64,000 nucleotides of DNA from Octopus sinensis. Its lineage: Eukaryota. The position numbers and the translations under genes were made by a program. This document shows positions 38,082 through 52,172 of the stretch, piece after piece; position 1 is the stretch's first letter; each line of letters starts with the position of its first letter. The notes under the pieces are model-generated. The model saw nothing but the letters and a program-made list of their open reading frames with translations, was not told the DNA's origin and did no database searches. The DNA lies in assembly GCF_006345805.1 (NCBI RefSeq), contig NC_042999.1:22134001-22198000 (forward strand), in the 5' to 3' direction.

Positions 38082-38564
38082 AAAATAGTAAAGTGTGAAA
38101 AAACGACAGAAGGCTTAAATGTTAAAAATATATATATTTGTGTCAAAATGTCTGGAGAATATTGGAAAAATTTTTTTCCTTTCCTTAAAATGACATAATT
38201 TTAAAATTTTTAAAGAAATTACCGGTTTCGCGTGTAGCTTTTCAAATTTCTTGTGACGTTATGTTTATATTGCATGGAATTATCGTTGTTTTTTTTCCAG
38301 GAGATTTCTAATAAGGGGAGGTAGAAATCTTATTTAGAAATCTCCTGGAAATAAAAACAACGATAATTCCATGCAATATAAACATAACGTCACAAGAAAT
38401 TTGAAAAGCTACACGCGAAACCGTAATTTCTTTAAAATTTTAAAATTATGTCATTTTAAGGAAAGGAAAAAATTTTTCCAATATTCTCCAGACATTTTGA
38501 CACAATATATATATTTTTTAACATTTAAGCCTTCTGTCGTTTTTTCACACTTTACTATTTTCTT
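38079..38564. mobile_element. 486-bp foldback palindrome in (TA)n
   Basis: Arms of about 236 bp, nearly perfect reverse complements, with a 13-nt loop at 38316-38328. Confidence 0.85.
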
Positions 38565-38602
38565 ATATATTCACCCACGTGCTTTACCAACAAACTTTCT
38601 TA

Positions 38603-38663
<61 letters not shown>

Positions 38664-38709
38664 ATATAATATTATATATCACTTATATGTGTAGTATAGA
38701 GATATAATG

Positions 38710-38745
<36 letters not shown>

Positions 38746-38798
38746 ATATATATATATTACATATACATAATATAATATATAATAATATATATATATAC

Positions 38799-38875
<77 letters not shown>

Positions 38876-38992
38876 TGTATGTATGTATGTATCGATGTAT
38901 ATAATAAAGGATACACGTATTGCACTTTATCATATATATCGAATTCCACATGCGTATAAATTTAGATATGTGCGTGTATGGAGGGATAGATG

Positions 38993-39051
<59 letters not shown>

Positions 39052-39569
39052 ATAGATAGACAGTTTTACTCCATAGGGCTTAATTAAGTAGCGATTCCTT
39101 GAATCATTTATAAAGTATGCTGTCATCTCATGACACCTTATGTTATAATTTGCGAGAGTGAATAGGAATTTTTTTTTTTTTTTTGCTTAGAACTTCAATT
39201 TATCTCTTAAAAAGAAATCTATTGATATTTCGGACCCCATCTCAATTGGAATTTTGTGCTCTTCCATTTACCTGTATTCCAAGAAAATATAGTAAAAGAA
39301 AAATATAAGTGACGGTAATAACTTGTCACATACATCCGAATACCCTTAATTTGCAGGTGTCATTAAATTCGTTCAAAATCATATATATATATAATTATTA
39401 TTCCAATAAAATATAAATATTAATGTCCGTCGTATTTCTCCGTATAGGAAATTAACTATCCATGAGCGAGAACATCTCTATGCGGTATCTCACCATGTTA
39501 GAAATAACTTTCAAATCATACTCTATGACGTAAAAGATTGCAATTTTGCTTCGTAAAATTGAATTCGTC

Positions 39570-39975
39570 AGGCGCAGCCACGGCTGTGTGGTAAGATGGT
39601 TACTTCCCAACCACATTGTCCCAAGTTCAGTCCCACAGCGTAGTACCTTGAGCAAGTGTCTTCTGCTATAGTTTAGAGCCGATCAAAGCCTCGTGAGTGA
39701 ATTTGGTGGAGGGAAACTAAAAGAATCCCGTCTTATATATGCGTGTGTGTGCACTCGCATGTGTATGCTTGTATGTCTGTGTTTGTTCCTCAGCACCGCT
39801 TGACAACCCTTTTTGCTGTGTTTAGGTCCCCGTAACCCATCAGTTCGGCTAAAGAATCCACTAAAATAAAAAAAAACATAAATACAGGGATCGATTCGTT
39901 CTACTAAATTTTTTTTAAGGCTGTGCCCCAGCATGGCCGCAATATCATAACTGAAACAGGTAAAAGATAAAAGCC
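39570..39975 (+). mobile_element. SINE family A, diverged
   Basis: Head, body and tail recognisable. Confidence 0.8.
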
Positions 39976-41211
39976 AAAAGGATCTATATCAATCAATAAT
40001 TTTTGGGGTTTATTTTTCTTTTTATTCCGTTTTGTATATATTTTGTGTTTACTTCCAACATAAGTATACCTTCGTTCTCTTTTTAGCGGCACATTTAGAA
40101 ACCTTTTATCCCTACTGTTAATAATTTATCCTTTCATTTGTTTCCGTCACTGGGATGTGGTCATGCTGGAGCACAACGTTGGAAAACAAATCAATGGCTT
40201 CCGTGGAACTCGAACCGACAACTTCTGTGGATATGATACATGTTCTACAATTAAGCCAAAGAAAATTTTCTAATTTTGGCAAAAGGCTACTAATTTTGAG
40301 TGGGGAGTGCTCAGCTGGTACTTATTTTATATACTGCGAACATGAAAAGTACAGTCGATCCCGGGGTCATTTTAAGTTAGAATTTCAAGCCGAGAGACCT
40401 GCCGTTAAGCTCTCAGCCCTTTCCGTTAGTAACAACAGCTAAACATCTTGTAAATTACATCATATCATCTTAAATAAAAAAAAAAGGAAAAATTGCACAA
40501 GATAGTCCTAGACTAAAAAAAATACAAGAGCATGATTGGATAGGTCATCAAATTTCTGCTCGATAATGCGTAGCTTGGGCCTAAGAGAAGTCTCGTTTTG
40601 CCAAACATCTACGTTACGAGGACGGAATTAAATACCTTCTGCCAAATGGTGTGAGGCAAACGCAATGAAAGAAATACACACACAAATATATGTTTGTATA
40701 TCCACATACACGTATATATGTAAACTACAGCATACATGTGCACATACATACAGGAATCCAGAAAAACATGTATGTGTGTGTCTATGTACATATAATGAAT
40801 ATTCACAGGAACAAAGGAAAATCTAAGTTCAAAGTTAAGTAGCCAATGCATTATAATGTGCAAAGTTATTCTAATTATCTATATCATTATTATTAAAGGG
40901 TCAAGCCGGCATAATTGTTTGCACGCTGGACGAAATGCTTACTAAAATAAACAAATGTGTAATCAGGGTTCTTTATAAAACAACCATTTTTCGATGCTAG
41001 AAGAGGTTAAGTACAAAAGGAGATATGATGAACGGAAATGTATAAAGAGAGGATATGAGATAAGTAAAACAGGGGAAACAGTCATAAGAGGTGATAGTAG
41101 ATGGTCAAAAAATAGGTAAAGGGGGATTACGTTAGTACTTACACAATGATTCAGACTGAACTCTGTAAAAGTTCATTTCTTGACTCAGATAGTCTTTATA
41201 TAGTGTAACAA

Positions 41212-41461
41212 TGTGGAGGCGCGTGGCTTAGTGGTTAGGGTGTCAGCACCATGATCGTAAGATTGTGGTTTCGATTCCTGGACCGGGCGACGCTTTGTGT
41301 TCTTGAGCAAAACATTTCATTTCACGTTACTCCAGTCCACTCAGCTGGCAAAAATGGGCAACGCTGCGATAGACTGGCGTCCCGTCCAGCTGGGGAACAC
41401 ATACGCCATAGAAACAGAGAAACCAGGCCCATAAGCCTGGCTAGGCTTTAAAAGGGCGCAT
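41212..41461 (+). mobile_element. tRNA-derived SINE, head/body H2 plus tail T2
   Basis: A box TGGCTTAGTGG, B box GGTTTCGATTCC, tail acgctgcgatagactggcgtcccgtcc...ggctaggctttaaaagggcgca. Confidence 0.85.
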
Positions 41462-41730
41462 TTATTTTTTAATATATAGTGTAACAATCATTAATAACTA
41501 AGAGAAGGATGTTACCTAGAACTTGTACATGTACATATGGTCCCTTTTATTACAGGTTCACATAGCATGGGAATGGGGACTTCCTGTCTAGAGTTATATG
41601 AATGATTAAACGGATGTACATGGGAGAGAAAAAGGGTATATGTAGGTGAGTGTATGTGTGTGTGCGCATATGAGTGAGAGTGAAAACAATAGTGAGGAGA
41701 ACAAAGGTTATTTGGCATTTATATGAGTCT

Positions 41731-42310
41731 AAAGGTGCGGAGCTGGCAGAAGGGTTATCACGCCAGGCAAAATGCTTACGGCATTTCGTCTGCCATTACG
41801 TTCTGAGTTCAAGTTCCGCCGAGGTCGACTTTGCCTTTCATCCTTTCGGGGTCGATAAATTAAGTACCAGTTACGCACTTGGGTCGATGTAATCGATTTG
41901 ATCCCTTTGTCTATCGTTTTTTGTCCTCTCTGTCTTTAGCCCCTTGTGAGTAGTAAAGAAATAGGTATTTCGTCTGCCGCTACGTTCTGAGTTCAAATTC
42001 CGCCGAGGTCGACTTTGCCTTTCATCCATTCGGGGTCGATTAAATGAGTACCAGTTACGCACTGGGGTCGATATAATCGATTTAATCCGTTTGTCTGGCC
42101 TTGTTTGTCCCTTCTGTGTTTAGCCTCTTGTGGGTAGTAAAGAAATGGGTATTTCTTCCATACTTAGGTTCTGAGTTCAACTTCTGCCGAAGTCGACATT
42201 GCCTTTCTTCCTTTCGAGTCGATAAAATAAGTACCAGTTTAATACTGGGGGTCAATGTAATCGTCTTACCCCCTCCCGCGAAATTGCTGGCATAGTGCAA
42301 AAATTTGAAA
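41731..42310 (+). mobile_element. SINE family B trimer
   Basis: Head plus units joined at aagaaatagg|tatttc. Confidence 0.85.
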
Positions 42311-43284
42311 CCAATATCTAAATAATTCTTGTAAGTTCTCGACAGAGAATAATAGAAAAATATGATGAGTCGATATTTATATATAGTGGTGCTGTCCTCC
42401 CCAGAGCCCATGCATGTTTTATAGTGTTCAAGTATGTTAATATATTCGGTAGTTGCATGCCGGCACTGTCTTGGAGTTTTTGTTGAGGGTTGGATTTTAG
42501 CCAACTGAATAATTCTAAGTTACATTCTCCGTTACCGGTTCTAGAAGCAGATCTTACCAAAATCTCCAGTAGGAGGTCATATTATTCGTTAATATTTAAG
42601 ATACCCAATGTAATTGGACAACGTAGTAATATTTCTTCTCATTGAGTTATAGAAAGAGCGAGACACTGTCTGTAAAGTGTTTCAAAGTTATTGTAGCGAG
42701 ACCGATGTAAGCATTGTCTGTATTGTTGTTAATTTTCTGTAGGTCGGTTTCGGGTGTCGTCTCGATGATATTGCACTCGATATTAGTCGTCTTGTTATTT
42801 CTGTTGTCTGTTGTGTCACTGTGACCGCTAAACTCACAAACAGTCCTATTGTTGTAATCGTTTTTCGTTGTGTCGGCTGTTCTCATTAGCGGGAGCGTCA
42901 CTATTAGTCGTGCCGATGTAATTATTATTAATGTCACGGATAATATTATTGCTTTCCCTGTTAATACAATTACAGCGATTAAAGTTTTAATTACGACTCA
43001 TATTACGATAATGGCGATTCCTTTTCAGTTCAGACAGGCTAGACGAAAAGGTGTTTAGTACTATATTTCGTTTGGTACATTAGGACACGCTTTTGATTTC
43101 ACTAGACACTAGGAGTATACGTATCATGTGACCCACCTAATCATTTAATGTTTGCTTGCATTTTCAAGCTCCTTTATTCTATCAAAAGTAAAATAGCGGC
43201 CAATTGCTATTCTTTTTTAAAAAATAGCCATTATAGTATTTTTGCCGGGATTCCTTAATATATAAAACCACACACACACACACA

Positions 43285-43363
<79 letters not shown>

Positions 43364-43941
43364 ATGCTGGATAATTAAAAATTCTTTCTAATTGGTGTGT
43401 GACTGAAAAAAAAAAAGAAATTCGTCTGTCTTTAACCATACCATTCTAATTTTATTCACCAGTGTTATCTCATCTGGGATTAATTATATTGCTTTTTAAT
43501 ACGTAAAACACGTGTATTATTGGTCACCCTACCAATAACTTGTCTTGAAGGCGTTGCCGACAAACGTCTAGGGCCGCTTCTGTCCTTCCGCATGTCTCTT
43601 AGTCCTACAAGAACGTGTACGTATTTCACGCTTCGCAAAGTAATAGTGTTAAACTGGAAAGCGAAACCTTATCGCTATATCGTCTGTAATATACGGCAAA
43701 ATCTTTGAAAGCATTTAAAATTGCAATATACCAATAAGAAAATGGAGAAACAATTTAGTTGATTCATCAGCGTTAGGATATTAGCATATTGACTTATTTA
43801 TTTAACAAAAACGAGAACCTTAATAACTTACATATATACATTATAATAATTCAATACATATAAGATAAGAATACAATTATAAAAATCTTAATATATATAT
43901 TAATATATATATATATATATATATAATATATATATATATAT

Positions 43942-44334
43942 TTACATTATATAAAAGGGCTTAGTAAAATAAATTACTTTGCCGCATACTGAACTCATTA
44001 GAAATAGTAGCTAAAAAAACTTTTTTAAAACTATTTCTAATACTTAAAGAAAACCTCTCTCATATAGTGTTTGCTCAATTCAACTCACGAAAGTATGGGG
44101 GTAAAGACATTAAAAATCAAATGCAAAGGTTATTTGAGCTCAAATAACCTTGCATTTGAATTTTTAATGTCTTTACCCCATACTTTCGTGAGTTGAATTG
44201 AGCAAACACTATATGAGAGAGGTTTTTTTTAAGTATTAGAAATAGTTTTAAAAAAGTTTTTTTAGCTACTATTTCTAATGAGTTCATTATGCGGCAAAGT
44301 AATTTATTTTACTAAGCCCTTTTATATAATGTAA
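43942..44334. repeat. 393-bp loop-less palindrome
   Basis: Centre GAG|CTC at 44138/44139; arms near-perfect. Confidence 0.9.
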
Positions 44335-44501
44335 TAATTTGAATTCGCCTTAAATGGTCCCTTTGCATACTGAATACTTGGTGAAATTGATTAATAATTA
44401 ATTAATCTTACCCTCAATTGTTGAAATAATATATATATATATAATATATATATATTAAGATTTTTATAATTGTATTCTTATTTTATATGTATTGAATTAT
44501 A

Positions 44502-44543
<42 letters not shown>

Positions 44544-45429
44544 GTATGTATTATGCATGATGTGTGCGTATTGTTTGTGTAACGTGGATGTTTGTTGTGG
44601 GCGTGCATATATATATATATTTGCGTTTCTGCTTTTTTCTCATAGGTGAACACAACCTTTCTTTTTTTTTTCCTTTTATGTAATCTCTAAAACACGCACT
44701 ATACGAACGAATTTCTAAGTTCAATACAATTATTTAAAACTCTTGAATTCGCTGTCCAAAGAATGAAGCCACAAAAAAAAAAGAGTAAGAAGTAAAGATT
44801 TTTACAAGTTCAGAGATTCATACATTGGTCATATGAAAATTTTACTGTAGTATTCAAATGTTTTATTTGTGAAACCCTAAAATATCGCACGCGAATTAAT
44901 CTAAAAATCTTCTCTCTTTTTCCTAATTCATCCTTTCTCTTTTTTTTTACTTTCTAGCTAACTTTGTCCTCTTTCCCCATACTGTAACTTAGTAAATTAT
45001 TTACATATTTTCGTACATTTTATCTCTCCTTTTGGCATGTTGTTATTAAAAACAGTCACTAAATATATTCACTAAGCTGCAGCGAATTTGTTATATATTT
45101 TTATCTCTTTATTTGAATTTTTTTGTAGTTTCAATTATATTATTCTACCTCTCCTTAATCCGATTACAAAACTTTCGGCTTATTAAGCTTCAGCAGGTTA
45201 TCTTTTCCGAGTATGGTCGTTCACTTTTACAGGTTTCCATTAAATTCAGTGTTACAGTAAATTTACTCAAGCGATTATATATATATTACTTCACATTTCA
45301 GCGACGAATATTTGTTTTCTTATCACTAAAAAGCAGGAATGTCATTACAAAAGATCTGCTTTATCTTAGCAATTGTTTTTTTTTTTTTCGTTTTAAACAG
45401 ACATACATACATAAACACATACGTATGTA

Positions 45430-45550
45430 CATACATATAAATTATATATATATGTGTGATAATTATATATAAGTACACAAATATATATAATAAATATATA
45501 TATATATACATATACATATATATACATATATATATATACATATATATTAC

Positions 45551-45600
<50 letters not shown>

Positions 45601-45608
45601 ACATATAC

Positions 45609-45678
<70 letters not shown>

Positions 45679-46170
45679 CATTATATATATATATATATTA
45701 CATATATATATATATATATAATATATATACATATATATATATATATAATATATATATAAAATATATATGCAGACACACACACACATATATATAATTATAT
45801 ATACATATATATATATAAAATATTTATGCACACACACATATACAATTATATTATATACATATATATATAATTATATATACATAGATATATATGATAATTA
45901 TATCTATACATACATATAATAATTATATAGATAAATATGATTACATATACACACACATATATATATATATATATAAGAATTATATATATACATATATATA
46001 TATATATATTATAAATACATATATTTATACACATATAATAATTATATAGATAGATAGCCAGATATATATACACTTATATATGTATATACAATTATATATT
46101 ATATATATATATAATATATATATATATTATATATGTTTGTGTGTGTGTACACTTATATATATATATATCT
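45430..46170. repeat. Degenerate (TA)n/(TACA)n tract
   Basis: Directly visible. Confidence 0.9.
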
Positions 46171-47269
46171 AAAAATTATACATATAAGAGTATATGTACA
46201 TGTTTGTATGTATGTATGTATGTATATGTATGTACGTATGTTGGTATATTGCAATTTTAAATGCTTTCAAAGATTTTGCCGTATATTACAGACGATATAG
46301 CGATAAGGTTTCGCTTTCCAGTTTAACACTAATACTTTGCGAAGCGTGAAATACGTACACGTTCTTGTAGGTCTAAGAGACATGCGGAAGGACAGAAGCG
46401 GCCCTAGACGTTTGTTGACAACGCCTTCAAGACAGGTTATTGGTAGTGTGACCAATGATACACGTGTTTTACGTATTAAAAAGCAATATAATTAATCCCA
46501 GATGAGAAAACACTGGTGAATAAAATTAGAATAGTATGGTTAAAGACAGACGGATTTGTTGTTTATTTCAGTTACACACTAATTAGAAAGAATTTTTAAT
46601 TATCCACCATTATACTCGTGTGTATGTACATTACCATATATGTGTGCCCACGTTTATAATATCTGTGATTAGCAGCTAAACATCTATGCACACACATGTA
46701 ATCATTCGTATGTACATACATACATGCTTGCACACATACATGTTTGAAGATAAGCATGCTAACCTATACATGCACTTTCATACATTCCCCGTGTTACGGC
46801 TACCTCAGTGTACGGTATTTTGCGCTAATGAGAAATCCATAACAGCAATATTTCGGTCTCACAGAAACCCGTGTAAACTTTAAGAATTTAAAAACTACAT
46901 TTCATAGCCAGGAGGGCATTTCTCGATGCTTTAGCTGAGATCGAAGTTGTTAAAAATTTGAAAAATAAAACTATAATCCTGATACATGCATATAAACGGG
47001 TATGGGTGTCAAAGAATTTGTATATGCATTACTATAAGCACTAACGAAATCGAAGGTGACTTAAGCAACAGTAACAACAACGTGAGATGATCTTTTAATG
47101 ACTAAGAAGGCTACATCCTTATATTCTTTGTTGTGTGTGTATATATGTGTGTTTGTGTGAATGTATATATGTTCTTTTATCCTTTTACATGTTCCAGGCA
47201 TTAGACTGCGGCCATGATGGGGCACCGCTTTTTAGTCGAATTAATCGACCAGGACTTATATGTATATGC

Positions 47270-47644
47270 GAGCGCGAGGCTGTGTGGTAAGAAGCTTGCT
47301 TCCCAACAACATGGTTCCGGGTTCAGCTCACCTGTGTGGCATCTTGGACTAGTGTCTGCTACTATAGCTTCGAGCCGACCAAAGCCTTGTCAGTATATTT
47401 GGTAGACGGAAACCGAAAATAGCCTGTGGTATATATACATGTATATATTTGTGTGTTTGTGTTTGTCTCTTCACCATCGATTGACTACCGATCTTGTCCC
47501 CGTAACTTAGTGGTTCGGCAAAAGATACCGATAGAATAAATACCAGGGTTACAAAGAATAAGTCCAAGGGACGATTTCTTCGCCTAAAAGGCGTTGCTCC
47601 AGCACGGTCACATTCAAAATGACTGAAACAAGAGAATTAAAGAT

Positions 47645-47645
<1 letters not shown>
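47270..47645 (+). mobile_element. SINE family A
   Basis: Head ggctgtgtggtaagaagcttgcttcccaac to tail gactgaaacaag. Confidence 0.85.
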
Positions 47646-47675
<30 letters not shown>

Positions 47676-47977
47676 GATATTTTTATAAACAAACCCGAAA
47701 GGCTTTGCGATTTACGGAGAAAGCTAGTATGGAAGGCTCATAGTATAATAACTGTACATAATATATATCATAATATTTAATCTCCGACTTTAAAGTGAAA
47801 ATTTTCAAATATAAACAAATGACCGAAAAATGATGAGCTAACCTCATGGTGAATCGAACCCACAAATCGTAGCTGTCATGGCTCCTTCCGAATCTGATTA
47901 ACCAAACGCTCACCCATCAGTTTCAGTGAAATTTTGTTAATATATACTTAAACTGTCTGAATACTACATATACATAT

Positions 47978-48843
47978 TACATGGAAAGATGCGAGCAAGA
48001 TAAATAATATTCTTAAGATTATAAATCTGGAAAAGTACAGGACAGTTTATTACACCTGGAAAAGTTCAAGATTTTTCAAGACACCTGGTAAAGTACAAAA
48101 CAAGAAATTTTTTACTTAAAAATATTACACCTAGGGATAAAATTCCAAATAAAATATTTAGATTTAGAAAATATTAGCTTTTATTAAAACTAAAAGATTA
48201 TTTCAAGTTATTAATCTATTTGTTATTATTTGTTACTTCTATTAAAAATTTAAAATAACTCCAAATAATCTTTTCTCTTTAAAACAAATCCTGTTTTTTT
48301 AATTATTAATAAATAATTGCAAATTTGAAAATATGTTATAAAATGTAACAGTAATACATAATTAGTTAGTACAATAAATAGAATAATACAAAAATTAGTT
48401 ATGTATTACAGTAAAATCTACTTATAACAAGTAATTCACAGTAAAATTTGCTTCAATTATGGCCTAAGTTATTGCCAAGTATTCTCATTTTTAATCTTGA
48501 ACAATGCCTATTTTTCCATAATGAATTTGCCTACCATATATACTATTCTACTTTGCATGAAACTTTAGCTATATTGGTACTTCTGGCTCTCATTTTTAAG
48601 TGTTCTAATTGGTCAATATTTTAACAAAATGATGGTACTTTTTTTATTATGTTAAGATCAAATAATATTTAATATTCAAATTTTATCCTTAGCTGCAATA
48701 TTTTAAGTAAAAATTTCTTGTTCTGTACTTTACCAGATACAATAACATGTCCTGAACTTTTCCAAGTGTAATAACTTGCCCTGTACTTTTTCAGATTTAT
48801 AATCTTAAGAATATTATTTCACTTGCTCGCATTTTTCCATGTA
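47978..48843. mobile_element. MITE-like element with long imperfect TIRs (about 190 bp)
   Basis: tacatggaaagatgcgagcaag...tattcttaagattataaatctg versus cagatttataatcttaagaata...cttgctcgcatttttccatgta. Confidence 0.75.
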
Positions 48844-50170
48844 ACTCATGTTTTTCTAGGTTATGCTATTATGTCAAATGTGTCAGTTAACGGTAACGTT
48901 GATAATTTTTCCTAACCTCAATGATGCCGGTGACATATATTAAAAGTCCCCTAGAACTATAATCATAAAAAAGTATAGAACTATGTTATCACCCTCAAAT
49001 TTGAGAGACACGCTCATAACCTTTTTTCTTTTAAAGCTTCATTGCATAAGATTGATACAATGAAATTCCTCGAATTAAACTCTACCATTTAAGCTTAATT
49101 AAAATAAAGTTTGTTTTCAGAATAAAAAAGTTAACGATACTTAAATCCAATTTTTGCCTTGTATTTTTTTCATATTTTACCTCACAACATGTTTTATACA
49201 AATTTTTGTTGCATGGGATCAAAACTATGAAAATTTTCACGCTTTCTTCTATCATGAAGCTGAGAAAAAAATATTTTGCTTTTAAAATAAAAGTTATTTA
49301 GATCTAAACTTGATTAGTGGCGTTATTTACTCTCCTATACCGTCGCAAGAAATTTGGATGTAAACTTCTTTCTACCGGATCAAATCTCAATTATTTTTAT
49401 ATATATATAAAAAAGTAGTTATGGACCAGTCCTCTTCAAATGTGTTAAAGATTTTTCCATTTGGTTAAGAACTGAATTAGCGACAAATTCTGAAAGATGC
49501 TGCGTGTGAGTAAATTGCGGCCTTAAAAATATCATTCAACTACGGTAGTGATATATATGTAGTGATCCGTGATAGATAATTCAAGAAAAAAGTATTCCAT
49601 CTGGCGAGAGATAAATACTATTTATTTAAAGGTCACAATAGAAATATTAAAGCACTACTAAAAATTTCATATGTTTAGATAACTCAAACATATTCTGCAG
49701 GCGCAAACCACATATCATGAACTAAAAAAATTGAATAATAGAAGAAACGCGTAAAAAAAACTGAGAATGCAGCATATAGAAAACACAGACAGTAAACAAC
49801 GGAAAACGAAAAGCAGAAACGAAAATGTCAAACTCTTTTGATTCATACATATAACTCCTAATAAATTGGTTGAGTGCTCTTCCGTTTGTCCATATGTGTG
49901 TGTGTACGTGTGTGTGTACGTGTGTGTAATTATGAATTTATAGGCATAGTGACCCTCGCAAGGTAAGATGGAAGGAAGGAAAGATAGATATATATCATTT
50001 CTGCCCTCCCTACTCTCTATCTAGGTCTAGATAGTTTTTGACATAAGGTGATTAAAAATTTAGTCTTCTGTTCTGACATATATTTAATCTATTAACTGCT
50101 TTGGTATGCCTTCCTAAATCATCGTTTCTTTTCTTTCTTTTTTCTTTTCCTGTGTATGTGTGTTTATGTC

Positions 50171-50201
<31 letters not shown>

Positions 50202-50246
50202 ATACACCCACACACACAAACAAATATATACATATAATATATATAT

Positions 50247-50336
<90 letters not shown>

Positions 50337-51537
50337 TATATACATGCATACATATATATATATACATATATATATAGCAATATGTGTGTGTATGTATAAA
50401 AACTTATATCTATATATATGTGTGTGTGCATACAGGTGTGTGTATATTATGTAAATACATATATAGGATTACATGTAACTATGTATATACACAAACATAG
50501 ATAGGCATGCAAACATACAAACCCACATACGTACATACATACATGCATAAATACACACACGCATATATACGCACATACTATATTCATTCTACCTGTATCG
50601 ATTAAATGAAATTAATTTAATAAGATTTATGTGTCAGTGGACGAATTTGGTAATTTCCAGCATTATAAAGAGAACTACGGTCGATCTACAATTTGCTTTT
50701 ACTCTTATAACTCTTGGATTAGTTGCTGTTGTTGTTGTTGTTGTAGTTTTTGCTGCTGCTTTTATTATTGTTTTAGTGTTTATTTATGTTTAGTATCCAC
50801 TGCTGACGTTTTATTGTCTACGGCAAAAAAAAATTATATTAGATGGCTTTAATATCTATTTATCACCATTAATTCATTAATAAATAAATGGTCGTGTTTG
50901 GCTGAAACTCGACGAGGTTAAAGGAAAAAAAAATAAGAAGAAAAACGTAAATCATTTATTATTATTATTTTTATTTATTTTTTTGGGGGGGTTTAATGTT
51001 GATGTTGGGGTTGAAGGTAAATGACTAATAAACAGAGAGAGAGTGTGAAAGAAAGTGTGATAAAATATATTAATGAACTACACTTTTAATAGATTCGTTT
51101 GACCTACATTGAACTTAAGACATTTAAATTCCGTTGAAATGAATGTCTTACGAAAATCATATCTTGCATTCGCTTATTATTACAGTGGCTAGGTCTGGGT
51201 GTAAGGTTTTCTCGTTAAGATTGCAACAAACGATAGTTTAATTTCTCACTCGTCACCACAAACATACATACACAAAAACGCACAAAGGCCACTGATATAT
51301 TAATATATATATATTTATTTTATTTTTATTTTTATTTGGCAGAAGTAACAAAGTGAACCAAAGGCCAAGAGTTTCCTGTGTTAGCACTTATTAAGCCAGT
51401 TACAAATCAAGAGGTTATAAATTTATAAAATGGTGATAATTTATAACCCTTCGATATGTAAATAGGTTGGTAAGTGATAACTGGCAGAAATCACCGTCCT
51501 TAAATGAATCACTCTCTTACTTCTGTTTAATATTAAT

Positions 51538-51579
<42 letters not shown>

Positions 51580-51581
<2 letters not shown>

Positions 51582-51780
51582 GAGAGTTTACGAAAAAACG
51601 AAAGGCGAAGACAGGTGGTGTACAAAACAAACAAATGTATTAGTATAACGCTCAGGAATAGAAAAAGTATTTTACGTTTCGAGCCTACGCTCTTCTACAG
51701 AGAGGGACACAGAAAAAAACAAGGAGAGAAAGAAGGAGAGAAAAAATGTGTGTAGTGGCTAACGATCTATCATGGCGACT
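51580..51780 (-). mobile_element. Second copy of the 17325 repeat with HHR-like motif
   Basis: Reverse complement reads ctgtagaagagcgtaggctcgaaacgta; flanked by (TA)n. Confidence 0.7.
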
Positions 51781-52172
51781 GATATATATATATACTTTTT
51801 TTAAAAGCAGCAGAAATATAACAAAACTGTCCGACGAATGGGAACGTGAAACTCTGAGTAACACCTTTTGTTATATTTCTGCTGCTGTTAAATAAAGCAT
51901 TTTACTCTACCTCTCGTATTTGAGTACTCTTTTCTCCGCCTTGTTTCACATTTATGTGCTTACTCCGGTATATGTATATATATATATATATATGCTCATA
52001 TTTTAAGTTCTATTTTTCATGTTTTCTCCTCTAAACGTATGTTGGCAGTCTCTCGACTCCGAGAGAGTCGATTCTGCAATTTCTGGAGGAACAAACAGTA
52101 CAGATGGTTTGTTTATAATACACAGATGAAAGACAAAAGTGACCTTTGCAGGATTTCAACCCAGGATGTAAA

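Larger units (their letters stand above)
43360..46614. mobile_element. 3.25-kb segment bounded by 375-bp inverted repeats (putative non-autonomous DNA transposon or inverted duplication)
   Basis: 43360-43734 and 46241-46614 are roughly 95% identical reverse complements (estimated by eye); no transposase inside. Confidence 0.7.
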
